Source of the DNA: Basidiobolus meristosporus CBS 931.73
Lineage: Eukaryota > Fungi > Basidiobolomycota
Assembly (NCBI GenBank): GCA_002104905.1
Contig: MCFE01000180.1
Location: 62,001 to 126,000 of the forward strand
Length of the DNA: 64,000 nt
Direction of reading: 5' to 3'
Shown: positions 52,241-64,000 of the stretch, piece by piece
Position numbering within the stretch: position 1 is the stretch's first letter
How the letters are laid out: the number at the start of each line of letters is the position of its first letter
Position numbers and translations under genes: made by a program
The notes under the pieces: generated by a model
What the model was told of the DNA's origin: nothing
Database searches by the model: none
The model's input: the letters and a program-made list of their open reading frames with translations, nothing else

Positions 52241-52543
52241 TTTCCAAATACAGACTTCCATTTGGATCTCCCGACCTAGCATCCTAACCGGGCGATACTG
52301 AACAATGATTCGCCAGCAATGTCTCCCACGGAGCGAAGAGAAGCTGCAAATCTTCATGATATGAGACGATTGCTCGAAGCAAGGTACACTAGCGACGGGG
52401 GTGGCGCTTTATTCGTTGTTGGGAAGGCAATACAAACCTTTATGTACAATGTGAATAAATACTGGTCCTCCTGGATGGCCACAACTGACGGTTTGGTAAC
52501 ACGGAGTGGACCTTCCAGCAGCAAATCAGCGTGGACAGGGTGT

Positions 52544-53531
52544 TTAATACTGATTCGGTAGAGTCCAAGCGGTTGAGTTGTCTTCCCTAACGATTGGAGT
52601 GATCCTCAGCTCCGATTGAAGTTTTTCCAGATGCAGTTGGACCATTCTCTTGCCTAACAGCAACAGATCCATCGGCAGGCCTCGATACATCTCTTTCGCA
52701 ATGTCCGTCACCGTAACGTAGTTCTCTGATCGCGATGGGTCATTCAAAAGTTGCTGGAGTAGCTGAACCACCCGCGCTTCCCGGAACTGAAGGTTCTTTA
52801 TGTACATGTCCAGCACTTCCACTGGCCGATTTACTACGTCTCCGTGTCCAGGATAGATTCTTACTGCGTTCAGAGTCTTCATACGACGTAGGCTCTGCAT
52901 ATAGTCCACCAGGTTTTCGCAAACGCTGGTTCCGTGGCCCAGGACGTTGTCCCCCGAAAACATGGCGCTTTCTTCTTTCAGGTAGAAGACCATGTGATCC
53001 TCGGCATGGCCAGGCGTGTGGTATGCGGTAAGGGTGGCTCCTTCAACCGAAAACACCTGGCCATCCACGATGTTGTTATAGGTCAAATTCGCCGAGTCTC
53101 TGTTAGGCGCGATCCGCTTGTGCAGTGGGACTGGGCCATTCCCCCTTTCCTGGCATAATTCCTGCACACTGGGGATTCCATCCACGTGGTCGTGGTGCCA
53201 GTGGGTGATGAGTATTCCCGAGATACATATATCCTTGGCCGCTTTCAGCGCCAACTTCAACGATTCGATATACTCGGGTTTCCCCTCACCAGTGTCGATC
53301 AACAGCCTCTCCCTGCCCGTGCCCACCAGATATGTGTTCGTTCCTAATATAGAAGGGTGTATCCATTAGGAGCGTGAACAAAAAGGGGATGGGACGTTGC
53401 CACGCGGGTGACGGCGATGTGTCCCTTGGATCGATAGATGTACCTTGAAGAGTAAATTTCCCCGGGTTGCTGCCCAAAACGCGAGTTACCCGCTGACTCA
53501 GATTCGAAAGCGCCGGCAAAGAAATCTCCAT
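52544..53531 (-). CDS. LACTB2: LACTB2-like metallo-beta-lactamase-fold hydrolase; exons 53531-53444, 53343-52544
   Basis: RVLGSNPGKFTLQGTNTYLVG...LIDTG...THWHHDHVDG...HTPGHAEDH...FSGDNVLG...YPGHG; C-terminal winged-helix-like HLEKL. Confidence 0.93.
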
Positions 53532-53689
53532 AGGTATCCAAAGAACTAGCGAACAAGCAACGAAGGAGGTTGATTGGGGAGTGACTTGGAATTTATTGTC
53601 TCATGAACAGGGGTACATCCGATCATGGCTCATCGAGATCAGTCATTCAGGGGTGGCGGTGCTTGGTTGTGCATCGAAGGGTCGGAATT

Positions 53690-54688
53690 TAATGGTAGCC
53701 AAAGTTTACGGGGTACATGGGGATACATGTCCAATCGAATAAGGCTCTAGTCATCAGGAAGGCACAACAGCTGCTTAGGGCTGGTGCATATGGGCGATGG
53801 TAAAGTAAGTGAACGCAACCAGGATGGGTTTCCCGGCCGCTGTCAGTCTCCGGAATAAATCTTGTTGCACATGCCATGAGGGAATTTTGTAGCGGTTGAC
53901 GTTATCACGCTCCTCTAGAAACATGATCACCGGCTAGGTGGGTTTGTTGGGTATAGGCTAGGCGTTACAAGTTGATTGCAAATTGCTAATCGCATGATGT
54001 ACCGTTAAAATGCTAACCCCGCCAGTGGCTTGGGCATAAGACCTCGGTAGATGTTTACACCTCAACAGGCCAACGAGCATTGGCGATGCAGCAGTAGTCA
54101 TCCATCTTAGTGGTGGAACTATGTCCATTAGTTTAACGAGTTCGGTTCTGTTCCAGCAGGAGCGATCCTCTATATTATCGTACGTCTCAGTGAGGGTTCG
54201 AAGCATTATGGAAGCATGCCAACTGTGCTCCGGTTCTCTGCCGTTAGCGCATGACAGGCCAATCGAATATGATCATCGAGGCAACTGCGGCTTGGAATCA
54301 TCCCCATCCAGGTACCTGACGGTCAGTATGTACGCGCAATGCTCGCAATCTCGATTGCTGGTAATTCCACCCAATACTTGCATGCTGATCCATTGAGGGT
54401 GCTAGAGTGTCCATCGATTAAACATGGTTTTCTGAAATGGAGCCTGACTAGTGAATGATTTGCGCGCTCAACGGCATGGAGTAGAGCTGATGTCATGGTT
54501 TGGAAGGTTTCATGAGCCAGTTGGCCCGCCAAGAGGGGAATTCCTTAATTCGCCAATACCTTGTTGGCCTGACCAGCAGATGGAGGGCATGATTTTGGAG
54601 CAAGTACTCGACTGTTTCCATCAATCAGGGTCCTCAACGATTGGCCACCAAGCGGGGTGGGATCTACGAGGCGTAGGAATGGTGCCAT
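53690..54688 (-). other. Probable spliced hypothetical gene, model uncertain
   Basis: Exons can be joined in frame: ...AGQLAHETFQTMTSALLHAVERANHSL|HPQWISMQVLGGITSNRDCEHCAYILTV|REPEHSWHASIMLRTL...; no family recognised. Confidence 0.35.
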
Positions 54689-54856
54689 GATGGAGATCTA
54701 CTGTCTGGCCAGACCTTCTATTTGATCACATGGGATGGAACTGTGTGGTACCAGCAGACCTTACTGGCATTAAACTTAGCTCACGTCTGGTCACTATATA
54801 AGTCCAGCCTAGCTTGCCATTGTACTTACAAGTGGGCCCGACGCAACTGATCTCTC

Positions 54857-55780
54857 ATGCCTTTAAAATCATCTACACCTGAAGCACAGCCTCTTGCTCC
54901 TGCGGCTCGGACTACCCAGCCGGCAACACACGTGACGTTCAAGTCTTTTGCTAAAGAAATCCCAGTTGAGCCTGTCTCGGGATTCTACGGCGTTGCTTTG
55001 CAAACTCTAGGGAGTATCTTCGGGGCACTTGGCTCTATTCCCGGGTGTTTCTGCTGCCCAAATCCCAACAAGGAAGTGGACCAAGGGTATGTTGGCTTGG
55101 TGTCGCGATTTGGCCGGGTTTATAAGTGCGTGGACCCAGGCCTTACCGCCGTAAACGTCTTCACCGAAAGACTCCACACCGTGGATATCAAACTGCAAAT
55201 CGCCCTGATCGAGGACATCCGCATCATGACGAAGGATAATGTGAACATCAAGATAGACTCCGTCGTTTACTATCACGTGGTAGATCCCTATCAATCGTTG
55301 TTTGGGGTGACCAATGTCCGTCAAGCTCTCATGGAGCGCACACAAACCACCCTCAGGGGAGTTCTCGGGACTCGAGTGTTGCAGGATTGCATCGAGAATC
55401 GAGAAACCATTGCGGATGATATTCGGGAGATGATCGACATCCCCGCCAGGGAATGGGGAGTTACCATTGAGTCGATATTGATCAAAGACCTCGAGTTTTC
55501 TAAGGAGCTACAGAAATCCCTCTCCAGCGCGGCCACCCAAAAGAGGATTGGCGAGTCCAAGGTTATCTCGGCCCAGGCTGAGGTGGATTCGGCAAAATTG
55601 ATGCGTGAGGCGGCCGAGATTCTCAACACGCCTGCGGCCATGCAAATACGGTATCTGGAGACCCTCAGCTCGATGAGCAAGAATACCGGAACCAAAGTGA
55701 TATTCATGCCGCTGGAACATAATGCTGGCAGTAATTTGATCCACAAGGCAGTACCTCAGAACCAGTTGTCTGAGATGTAG
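54857..55780 (+). CDS. Stomatin-family (SPFH/band 7) protein, 307 aa, intronless
   Basis: VDQGYVGLVSRFGR..VDPGL, IMTKDNVNIKIDSVVYYHVVDP, AAEILNTPAAMQIRYLETL; Cys-rich CFCCP upstream. Confidence 0.95.
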   Translation: MPLKSSTPEAQPLAPAARTTQPATHVTFKSFAKEIPVEPVSGFYGVALQTLGSIFGALGSIPGCFCCPNPNKEVDQGYVGLVSRFGRVYKCVDPGLTAVNVFTERLHTVDIKLQIALIEDIRIMTKDNVNIKIDSVVYYHVVDPYQSLFGVTNVRQALMERTQTTLRGVLGTRVLQDCIENRETIADDIREMIDIPAREWGVTIESILIKDLEFSKELQKSLSSAATQKRIGESKVISAQAEVDSAKLMREAAEILNTPAAMQIRYLETLSSMSKNTGTKVIFMPLEHNAGSNLIHKAVPQNQLSEM

Positions 55781-56890
55781 ACATACGAATCTGGGGATTT
55801 TGTCGTTCGGAAATGAGATCCGTTTTTGTCTGGTTACCGTTAACCCGATGTAAATTACATTTAGCTGAATCGTAAGCCTTGTATAGCTGCAGTTGGCTTC
55901 ATTGGCACCCTCTCTCAACAAGCAATGGTTGGGTGCAAGTCTAATAAAGTTGGTAAGCGTGTTTCCTACTTGAGAGGAGAGGAAGCGGTCCTAACATATT
56001 ATCGCAATTGTCTTGGCTTTACTTGGCTGAATAGTCAGATTTGCAGATGCAGGGCTTAGCCACCTAACACCGCAATATCTGACTGGAGTTGAAACTGAGG
56101 AGGCCCTTTAAAGAGACCAGAGTTGTGCTAATGCAACAGTAATACTGGAAAGAGCGAGAAGATAGAGAAGCCAGGAGTCCGACCTCCTCGTTTTGCCAAC
56201 GCCTTACACTATGTACCCCCACGGTTCGATTGCATCAACAATGGGCTGTCAATTTCATTCCTCCTTGTGTTAGTCGCATGAATTAGGGTAAATTACAAAG
56301 ATTGTACAATAAGGAAATTAGATTCGCTGCTCTGACCTGTTTGGAAGCCAAGCGGAACAGTTGGTGGGGGATGAAAGTTAAATCAGGATAATCGGTGCTG
56401 ACGCTTACTATACATGGTGAACGGCTCGATAACCAGGAAATCAGGCAAAATGGCTTGGTAGCTGGACGTCACCAATCCCATTTTTCGCCATGAGTTCGAG
56501 AAATGGCTATTCTGAAAGGGCAAACACAATCGAGGTTGAAATGGTATCGACAGCATGTTTCCAACCAGACGGCTCATCAGTTGTTCCTCCTTGGATAAAC
56601 TTCTTTTATGTACTCACGGTTACCTCTCCGATGAGCATGCAGACCACAAGATGTCATGACGCTATCTATATCTAATTGTGATCCGGGCTTCATACCGATA
56701 AGGCGTACACGGGTCGCAGGCTATCTTATCCCATTAGGTAGGGAAGTCATCTACACGATCTTAATGAGATATAGTAGGCTTAGTGCACCTCTGATGCCGA
56801 GATTCAAGGATATATACGTGCGCGCTTTTGGTTATATGAACGGCTTGCAAATATGCCAATGTGGCGTTCTCATCTCTTTGAACCCATGCA

Positions 56891-56897
56891 TATATAA
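56891..56897 (+). promoter_or_regulatory. Candidate TATA box (TATATAA) ~40 nt upstream of the 56937 ATG
   Basis: Motif and position only. Confidence 0.4.
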
Positions 56898-56936
56898 GCT
56901 AGGCAGTTGCTTCGATGAGAGTACCAACTGTTCGCA

Positions 56937-58495
56937 ATGCGCCACTTCCGCAACGGTACTCTAGTTCTATTCAGTCTGGCGGTGACCCTGGGGGAGACAC
57001 TGGCCTCAAATAGTACTGCTGCCTATGATCCAACAAAAGATTACTTCCCGGTGAAAGTTAAATGTATGAGCCAGCTTCCAGACATCCATCAGAAGCCTCA
57101 TGCCAATAAGGAATAGGCCACTTGTTTAATATCCATCAACGACTAACTGGGATTTTTTGTAGTCGAGAGCCAAGCCTTTGCCAAGTTCAACATAACATAC
57201 CATAACAGCTGGATCTTTCTTCAGTATCCAAACCGAGAACGTCGCAACTACGTTCTATACCAGCATGGGACGCCTAAACCTCAGCATCTAGACCCAACCG
57301 ATATACCTATAGAGATTCCTCTTGGAAACGTCAACATTGAATATTCCTCTGCTACAAGTTTTCTTGAGGTATGAAACTCGCACTACTGACCCCTTGAAAT
57401 TGGCCTAACACTGAGTTGGCGCAGATGCTTGGCCTGCGTGATCACATTATCAATGTAAAACCCGTGTCGATTTCCCCGGCTTGCCTCGATAGCAAGAACT
57501 TCACCTATGGGACCCAGAATGCTACCTTTACTCCAAAGCGTACTATTAGGGGGCCATATGTTATCAACATTGAAGCGATGCCCGGATTGAAGCCATTAGT
57601 CAAATTGGAGCTGCTGAAGTTCTATGCACTCTTCTTCAACAAGGAAAAAGAAGCACACGACGTCATCAAAAAGATCGAAGACAACTACGAGTGCATCAAA
57701 AATCGGGTTGCCGCTGCGAAAGAAAAGTCCAAGCCAAAAGTGGCATGGATAACCACAGCCCGCAGTCCACGTTACGGTGTGATGTATTCCGAGTACATAA
57801 ACAGCTACCTTAATAGCCTGTTGGAAGATGCTGATGCGCAACCGCTCTTTCCATACGAAGGAGACGACGAGTATAACGGGCCGACCTACTCACCAGCCTT
57901 CACCACGGCCAAGCTACGTGAGATAATTCGCTCGGCGGACATTCTAGTAGATATGACTGCCTACAGCTATGAAAATGCCACTTTCCCATCTGCCAGTGAT
58001 GTTTTGAGGTATTACGGACTATCGGAAACGAATACAACGTTAAAATTCATCAAAAACAAAGCTATTTATCGGGTTGACAAACGTCAAACTAAATGGCATC
58101 GTAACGAATGGGATTTTGAGTCCCCTGTGATGCCCGATGCCGTTCTAGAGGATATGGCCAACATGGCGCATCCTGGCCTTCAAGAAAATTACTCTTTTCA
58201 CTGGATGCGCAATGTATTTGATCAGGACAAATTATCTAACCTGGTGGTGACGAACTGTCCCTTCCCAACTAAGCCACTGGAAAGCGTGGCGTACACATGC
58301 TCAGCCACCAACTTCTCCAGCATTGGCCATTCCAGTGCCAAGGATGCCCCCGGTATTAGCCCCTCCAGTACCAGCAACACCGCTGGAAACCAAACATCCA
58401 GCCACGAGCCTAAAAGTCATAGTGGGTATGGGGGATCTACTCATACCGGTCCCTATGTGGGATTAGCTTTTATGCTGGCTTTGGCTTTACTATAA
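56937..58495 (+). CDS. Secreted, probably GPI-anchored ABC-type periplasmic substrate-binding protein (TroA/BtuF/FhuD-like helical-backbone fold); exons ~56937-57063, 57163-57368, 57425-58495
   Basis: Signal peptide MRHFRNGTLVLFSLAVTLGETLA; YDPTKDYFPVK..FNITYHNS..YVLYQHGTPKP..FLEMLGL; LELLKFYALFFNKEKEA; PDAVLEDM; S/T-rich stalk then hydrophobic terminus YVGLAFMLALALL*. Confidence 0.85.
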
Positions 58496-59084
58496 ATACC
58501 TTCGACAAGCGCCCTGGACTCTATTGTCTGGTAGCTACTTTAGAACTCAACTACGCAGTATCTTACAATTCTCCTTGTTCACTCCATTGGTTTAGAGGAG
58601 TCACTGAAAATCACTGATGATCACCTTTTACAACTGGTACTTCAATTCGATATATTATGCTACTGGATAGTTCATACCCACATCTAAAATAAATGCGTAG
58701 GGTCAAGTTTGATTTGGTACAGTGTATAGTCACTTCACTGGAGCGCCTGTGGTTTGCACCACTTATCCCCATCTGATAAAAAACGATTATGATGCGCCAT
58801 GCAGCGAGATGTGTGGAAATCACTATTCACAACACCTATCCACTCCTGGTGATAGAGCCTCGAAACTGGTTTTGATCGGTATTTGGTGGATGTACAACAT
58901 TTTGTCACATTGAAAGGACTGGGATTTCATTGGTCTTATGGGTCCAATGAGTCTCAAGGATCGCTTTAAGTATTGGTTATACAGCAGGTAACAGGAAGAG
59001 GATATTTACTCAAGAATAATTAAGCTTAGATAAGTCCATATGGAAGTTTACTTTGTCACTCTATTTGTACATATAAGTATATAT

Positions 59085-59840
59085 ATTGCAAGAGTTTTGG
59101 AGTTATTGGAGGTGATTGAGAGAACAAGCTGATTATATGGTTTTCACTTGACAATTTATTGAATGTAAAAATAGTATTTATACTTTTACGCAACCTTGGC
59201 AAAGCAAGCTTGTAAAATATGTTGGGTAGGTCCCAAGAACATGTGTATAAAGCTTGGGGCTGCTTGGACAGCTCTGAGATATTTCATGTCTTGGGTACCT
59301 GATGTCATGTTGAAAATATTCCATGTAGATCCCAACCAGGTGTTTGGCCCAAATTCTCTGAGATTTGTAGACTGTGATTTAGGTGATCAATTTGTGGGAG
59401 TATCTAGGTGTTATTATAAAATCCATAACACAAATCAGCTCATGGTCCAGTTAGAAAATTTAAACTAGTAGCTCTGTGGTCATGCAAAGCGTTCCAATAC
59501 TGCAATATTTTAAGCTTTTGCTGAGCTCATTTCTATATCTAGATCATAACCTACAAATCTCACTAAATACTGACCAAATTCCTTGTTAGGAAATACCTGC
59601 AATATTTCCACCAAAATATTGGAAACTCAGAACATGAAAATTTGATAAGTTATCCAAACAGCCCCAAGCTTTAAGCACATCCACTTGGACACTTCCTCAG
59701 CATATTCTTTGTGTTTTTTTTGGCCAAGACTATGTCAAAGTACAAGTACTACTTTCACATCAAATAAATTATCAAGTGAAAATTACATAATCTACTTATT
59801 CTTCCAACTACCGCCAGTATCTCTATAACCTCTACAAGAA
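59085..59840. mobile_element. Two decayed Copia LTRs in opposite orientation (~59085-59418 minus; ~59530-59840 plus)
   Basis: Colinear with the 349-bp LTR consensus. Confidence 0.75.
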
Positions 59841-60739
59841 GTATTAGGTTTTCCAACTTTCCAAGGCTAAAAGCTCAAGACCTTGAAAGCAAATTTATTC
59901 AAGAGCATTACATCATTCAAACACTTTATGGCCAGTACATTCCCCAAACTTGGCTCAATTGAAGCCATACTTCATGGTCATAATAAATAGTTCATTAATA
60001 GTGCATATTAGCTCCCCATTGCTGGGTGTACTACAGTAACTTTGATTGTTTGAGTTTTAATATGCCTAATCCAATCATGTGAGACCCTTACAGGTATTGC
60101 CTGTATACATATACCCATGTATGGGAACTACATGCCTGCAAACTGTTAGTTATATATCATATGTTTCTCATATGCAACCGCCCACAAACTTTTTCCTACC
60201 ACTGTGGCAATCATATTTATCAAGATTTGGCAAGAACAGAGGGGGAACCTTGCTTTCCAGAATCTCCATACTACTGCTTCAGGCTCCAAGGTCTTGAGCA
60301 TTCTGCTGCTTCATATTTATTGCTTAATATCCAGGCTTTGATCAATACAACATCAGTAAGGAAACTGCAAAGCTCACAGACTACCTGATGACTACCACAT
60401 CTCTCTTGGGAAGTCCCCATTCAGATGTATTTTAACCCTTGAGATGCAACTTTAATGACCCCATTAAGAGGCCCCTTGAGCTTCAAGAAACTCCTTGGCA
60501 TCTGTTTGATGTAAGGTTACCTTAAAGCTCCCTATTAATAATCATCTTTACTCAAAACACACCCTTTTCAAAGCAACCTTGCCACACCCCTTGAGGTCAA
60601 GTAGTATTTCAGAATCTCTAAACAGGGAAATACACTAACAGAAAGTAACTGAGCCCCATATCAGGAATCATTGGTATAAGAGCATTCAAACATAGTAGCA
60701 GACTTAGGGTCAGAATTTTATTTAATGCTAGTTCTATAA

Positions 60740-62215
60740 TTGCACCTAGATGTTGACCTAGCTTAGTCACTTAGACTATTGTCTGCAAGTTTTAGAGAAT
60801 TCTGACCTAATTCCAGGTTAGGACTTCTTGGAATATCTTCACTAAAATATCAGTAACTCAGAACATTAAATATTTCAAAGTCATCTAAATACCCCCAAGC
60901 ATTACACTCATACTCTTGGGACCTACCTCAGTACACTCTACATGTTTGACTTGCCAAGACCATGCAACAGTATATACACTACTATAACATCCATTAAATC
61001 ATTGAGTGAAGACCACATAATTTACATGCTTGCCCAATTGCTTCCAATATCTCCAAGACTCTTACAACAGGCTATGAGCCACATGCTGTCACTGTCTGCA
61101 GTGTCTACAAATGTTATTAGAGGAAGTTTCCCCTCTGCTGAGAAGTGGGATGGATCTAACTATCAAGTGTGGAAGGTGAAACTGAAGAAGCTGCTACATG
61201 AAAGAGGCCATTGAGATGTTGTCATCAGAGAAGAATTCTGTTCTTAAAACATAGGAGAGGTGGCCTTAAAGTATCACAAAAGGAATAAAGTGCCTTTGAC
61301 TGCAAAGACTTTCACAGGAGGTACTGAGCCCCTAGCTGTATTCATTGCAATGTCTACTACCGCTATCACTGGAATGCTTTCCTCTGCTGAAAAGTTGGAT
61401 GAATTTAACTACCAAGTCTGGAAGGGGAAGATGTAGACACTACTAAAAAAGAGGCCTTTGGAATACTGTTATGGGAGAAAAATGCGCTCCTAAAGACATT
61501 GGAGAGGCAGTACCAGAAGAAAGAAGAAAGTATCACTATCTGCATTAGCCTTAATTTTAACAACAAGTTGCTAACTCAATGCCCAAGAGTAAAAACAGCA
61601 AAGAATGCCTGGAAGGCATTAGAAGACACCTATCAGAAATGTTCAGTTGCTAAGAAGATGCATGTTGGACAAAAATTCTTAACTACAAAGATTCTGCTAG
61701 TAATAGAAATAAGAATCTAATTAACAGAATTACTCTGTTAGTTGAAGAGATAGAATCTTTGGGCATACAAGATACTGATAAAGATGTAATAGTAGCCATC
61801 CTGAATAGCCTGACAGACAGGTTTTGGGGCCTTGTATCAGCCCTAGAATCCTGAACTGAAGATTTGCCCTTAGATTACACAGATGGAAGGCTCCTGGATG
61901 AAGAATTAAGAAAATCATGTGCCAATAAGAAGGAAGAAGAAAATGCTTTACTAAGTAATGCTGACCAGCAAAGGAGGTAATTGAGACCCTTTAAAGGCAA
62001 CAGCAACCTGCATTGCAACTAATGCAAAAGGAAAGGATATACGTGCAATGGTCCCTCAAAAAGGGAGATAGTCAGCTCAAGAAGCCTGAATATGGAAATA
62101 CTGCAACAACCAAAGGTATGTTGTAAGTGTCTTGGAGATTTTGGAAGTAATTGGGAGAACAAGCAGATTATGTGGTTTTAACTTAATAATTGATTGTATG
62201 TGAAAGTAGCTCTAT
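60740..62215 (+). mobile_element. Decayed Copia 5' portion (LTR, PBS-like ggctatgagcc ~61071, duplicated gag start) plus an LTR fragment at ~62120-62215
   Basis: DGSNYQVWKVKL and KTAKNAWKALEDTYQ fragments; the gag start occurs twice (~61090 and ~61350). Confidence 0.8.
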
Positions 62216-64000
62216 GAAAAATTATTGTAATGATTCAATCAGGGGGCCATCACAAACTTAAATTCCCATGACTAAGAGGTACTGATCCTGTCAGGACACC
62301 ATCCAGAGACTGTTGAAAAATAATTATACCCCAGATTTTGCAAAAAACTTGGTCAAAAATTTTCATCTCAACAATATATAAGTGGCTTTTGATTGGTTCC
62401 CTGGCAATTTGCTTGCTTTCCAATCCTGGAAACTCTATCACCTCTTACATTTGTGTGCATTGATGGGCTATTGCCACCTTTTTGCACTCCTTACTTCCTG
62501 ACTCAACCTTTTCTCTTATTTTTCATGCACACAAGTTGATTGATTTCCATTGAAACTTCAGTTATACCTCAATTGCCAATTGTATTGCCCTATACAAGTC
62601 CCTATACCCCACACTAACACTGAGCCCAACCCCTCACTCAACAAGTAACTTCATTAAAATCCACCACTCAATAAGTATATATACTGTAACACTCTGGCTC
62701 CACAACTTTGGAGGGAACCCAATGGCTTTATGCTGCTATTCACTCACTGGTTCCCACATGTCCTGGTCTTCAGCTGGCACTGCAAGGTCAAGCACCTCAT
62801 CTGCCAGTCTTTGCAATATATACTTCTAGTATTCAAGTGTGTTTTCCTGAGCACTGCTCTTGAAGAAGTACTGCAACCTCTTGGTGGGCCTATTAGTTTT
62901 CTAAAATTCCGCTGAAGGCAATGTGATGGACTTTTGGGTTCTTGACATTGTAGCCTTGACTGTCAGTTAGACCTCCACTCTGTAAGCAATGGAGGACATG
63001 GAGGCTGTGGTAGATGATTTGCCATTTTTTGCAAACTCATCTACCTTGCAGGAGTGTTGCTCAACTTGCTGCACTTCCAACCCTTGTGAAAACAGTTGTC
63101 TTCCTGTTGGCAATTCTTCTTGGGTATGATGGAATTCAGTCTGCTCCTGGCTTGCAGCATTAATTGGCAAGAACTGCAGCTTATTCTGCATGCTTCCCTG
63201 TCTCAGGCAGGAGTAGATATTTTTCCCTTTACCTTTTCCTTTATCACTGCCAGGTCTTTGACTGTTAATTTGTCTGAGTGCTTCTTGTAATGAACTACAT
63301 TTTCTCCTTGATAAATTCTGCTTTGACACATCTATTTTGGCCTGCTTGTCCCTTGCTGGCACTCTTCTGGCAACCTGATGTTACTTTCTCACTTGTTTCA
63401 AGCATTCACTGTAGTTATAACAGGCTCCGGTATAAGCAGCTGGTTTATATCTCCACCAGGTACTTCACCGCTACTTTGAATCAGTGCTTCTTGCATGCTA
63501 CCATGACTTTTCCTTGATAAATATTGTGCTGGTGCATCCATGTTGCCTGCTTGTCCCTAATTTGCACTATTCCAGCTACCTGAAGTCTCTTTGACACTTG
63601 TCTGGAGCATTTGGCCCTGTTTGTTACAACCTCTTGAGGAAGCTGCTGGTTTTTAGCCATAGCACCATTGTACTTCTGCCTTTGATAGTCTCTGATATTC
63701 TTAAGATACTTTCTTAGCATACCAATGCTGGCCCAAAATCCATATGCCCATTGGAATCCAGGATAATGCTCATGGAACAAGTTAAGTGCATTCTGCATGG
63801 CCTTGGGTTCCTGATTGTCCTAAGGTATGCTGGCCTTAAGGTGTTGACATGCTAGACTTTGGATGGCCTCTTAAATATTATCCCACTCTTCATTATTGCA
63901 TTCAATTGCTTCACAGATCTTTGATGTCTTTTGATTTTTAGGATTTGGTATAAACAACACATATTCTCCCTTCCACACCATAATAGATTTTTCTGTGGGC
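62209..64000 (-). mobile_element. Second copy of the unknown-ORF repeat (runs off the window)
   Basis: NLSRRKCSSLQEALRQ..RPGSDKGKGKGKN and KICEAIECNNEEW are shared with 20044-22276. Confidence 0.85.

Noticed and set aside
55321-55921. Minus-strand ORFs of 141 and 137 aa
   Set aside because: Antisense shadows of the stomatin CDS.
54185-56240. GGTTCGA T-loop-like motifs (~54193, ~56223) as tRNA genes
   Set aside because: No acceptor stem, D-arm or correct T-stem context.
56290-56700. Possible small spliced minus-strand gene
   Set aside because: Several incompatible frames and no homology recognised.
59840-60720. Possible MULE transposase relic (SWIM-like C....CRH on minus strand near 60130-60180)
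   Set aside because: A single stop-interrupted motif is insufficient.

Overview
Eukaryotic, fungal-type DNA (short GT-AG introns; fungal-style ArfGAP, DIM1, STF2-like and stomatin genes). An early-diverging, repeat-inflated fungus such as an Entomophthoralean is my inference, not something the sequence proves. The window alternates between CpG-stripped, AT-rich transposon blocks (~1-25.1 kb, ~40.6-51.0 kb, ~58.9-64 kb) and two compact, CpG-normal gene islands (~25.1-40.5 kb, ~51.3-58.5 kb). TE blocks hold: a Ty3/Gypsy element (4258-8883, 4-bp TSD) nested antisense in an older relative; a young full-length Ty1/Copia element (40950-45633, 5-bp TSD, half-tRNA-type PBS); many solo and nested LTRs; CACTA/EnSpm transposase relics; a long foldback palindrome built from TGGCAC(T) motifs; and a repeat-borne ORF of unknown family present twice. 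Islands encode an STF2/TMA10-like protein, an ArfGAP, a coiled-coil protein, an F-box/LRR protein, a REC114-like meiotic protein, DIM1/DIB1, a LACTB2-like metallo-beta-lactamase, a stomatin and a probably GPI-anchored bacterial-type ABC substrate-binding protein, plus several spliced genes I could not resolve. No CRISPR array, rRNA or tRNA gene was found. All alignments, counts and gene models were done by eye; coordinates marked ~ are approximate.
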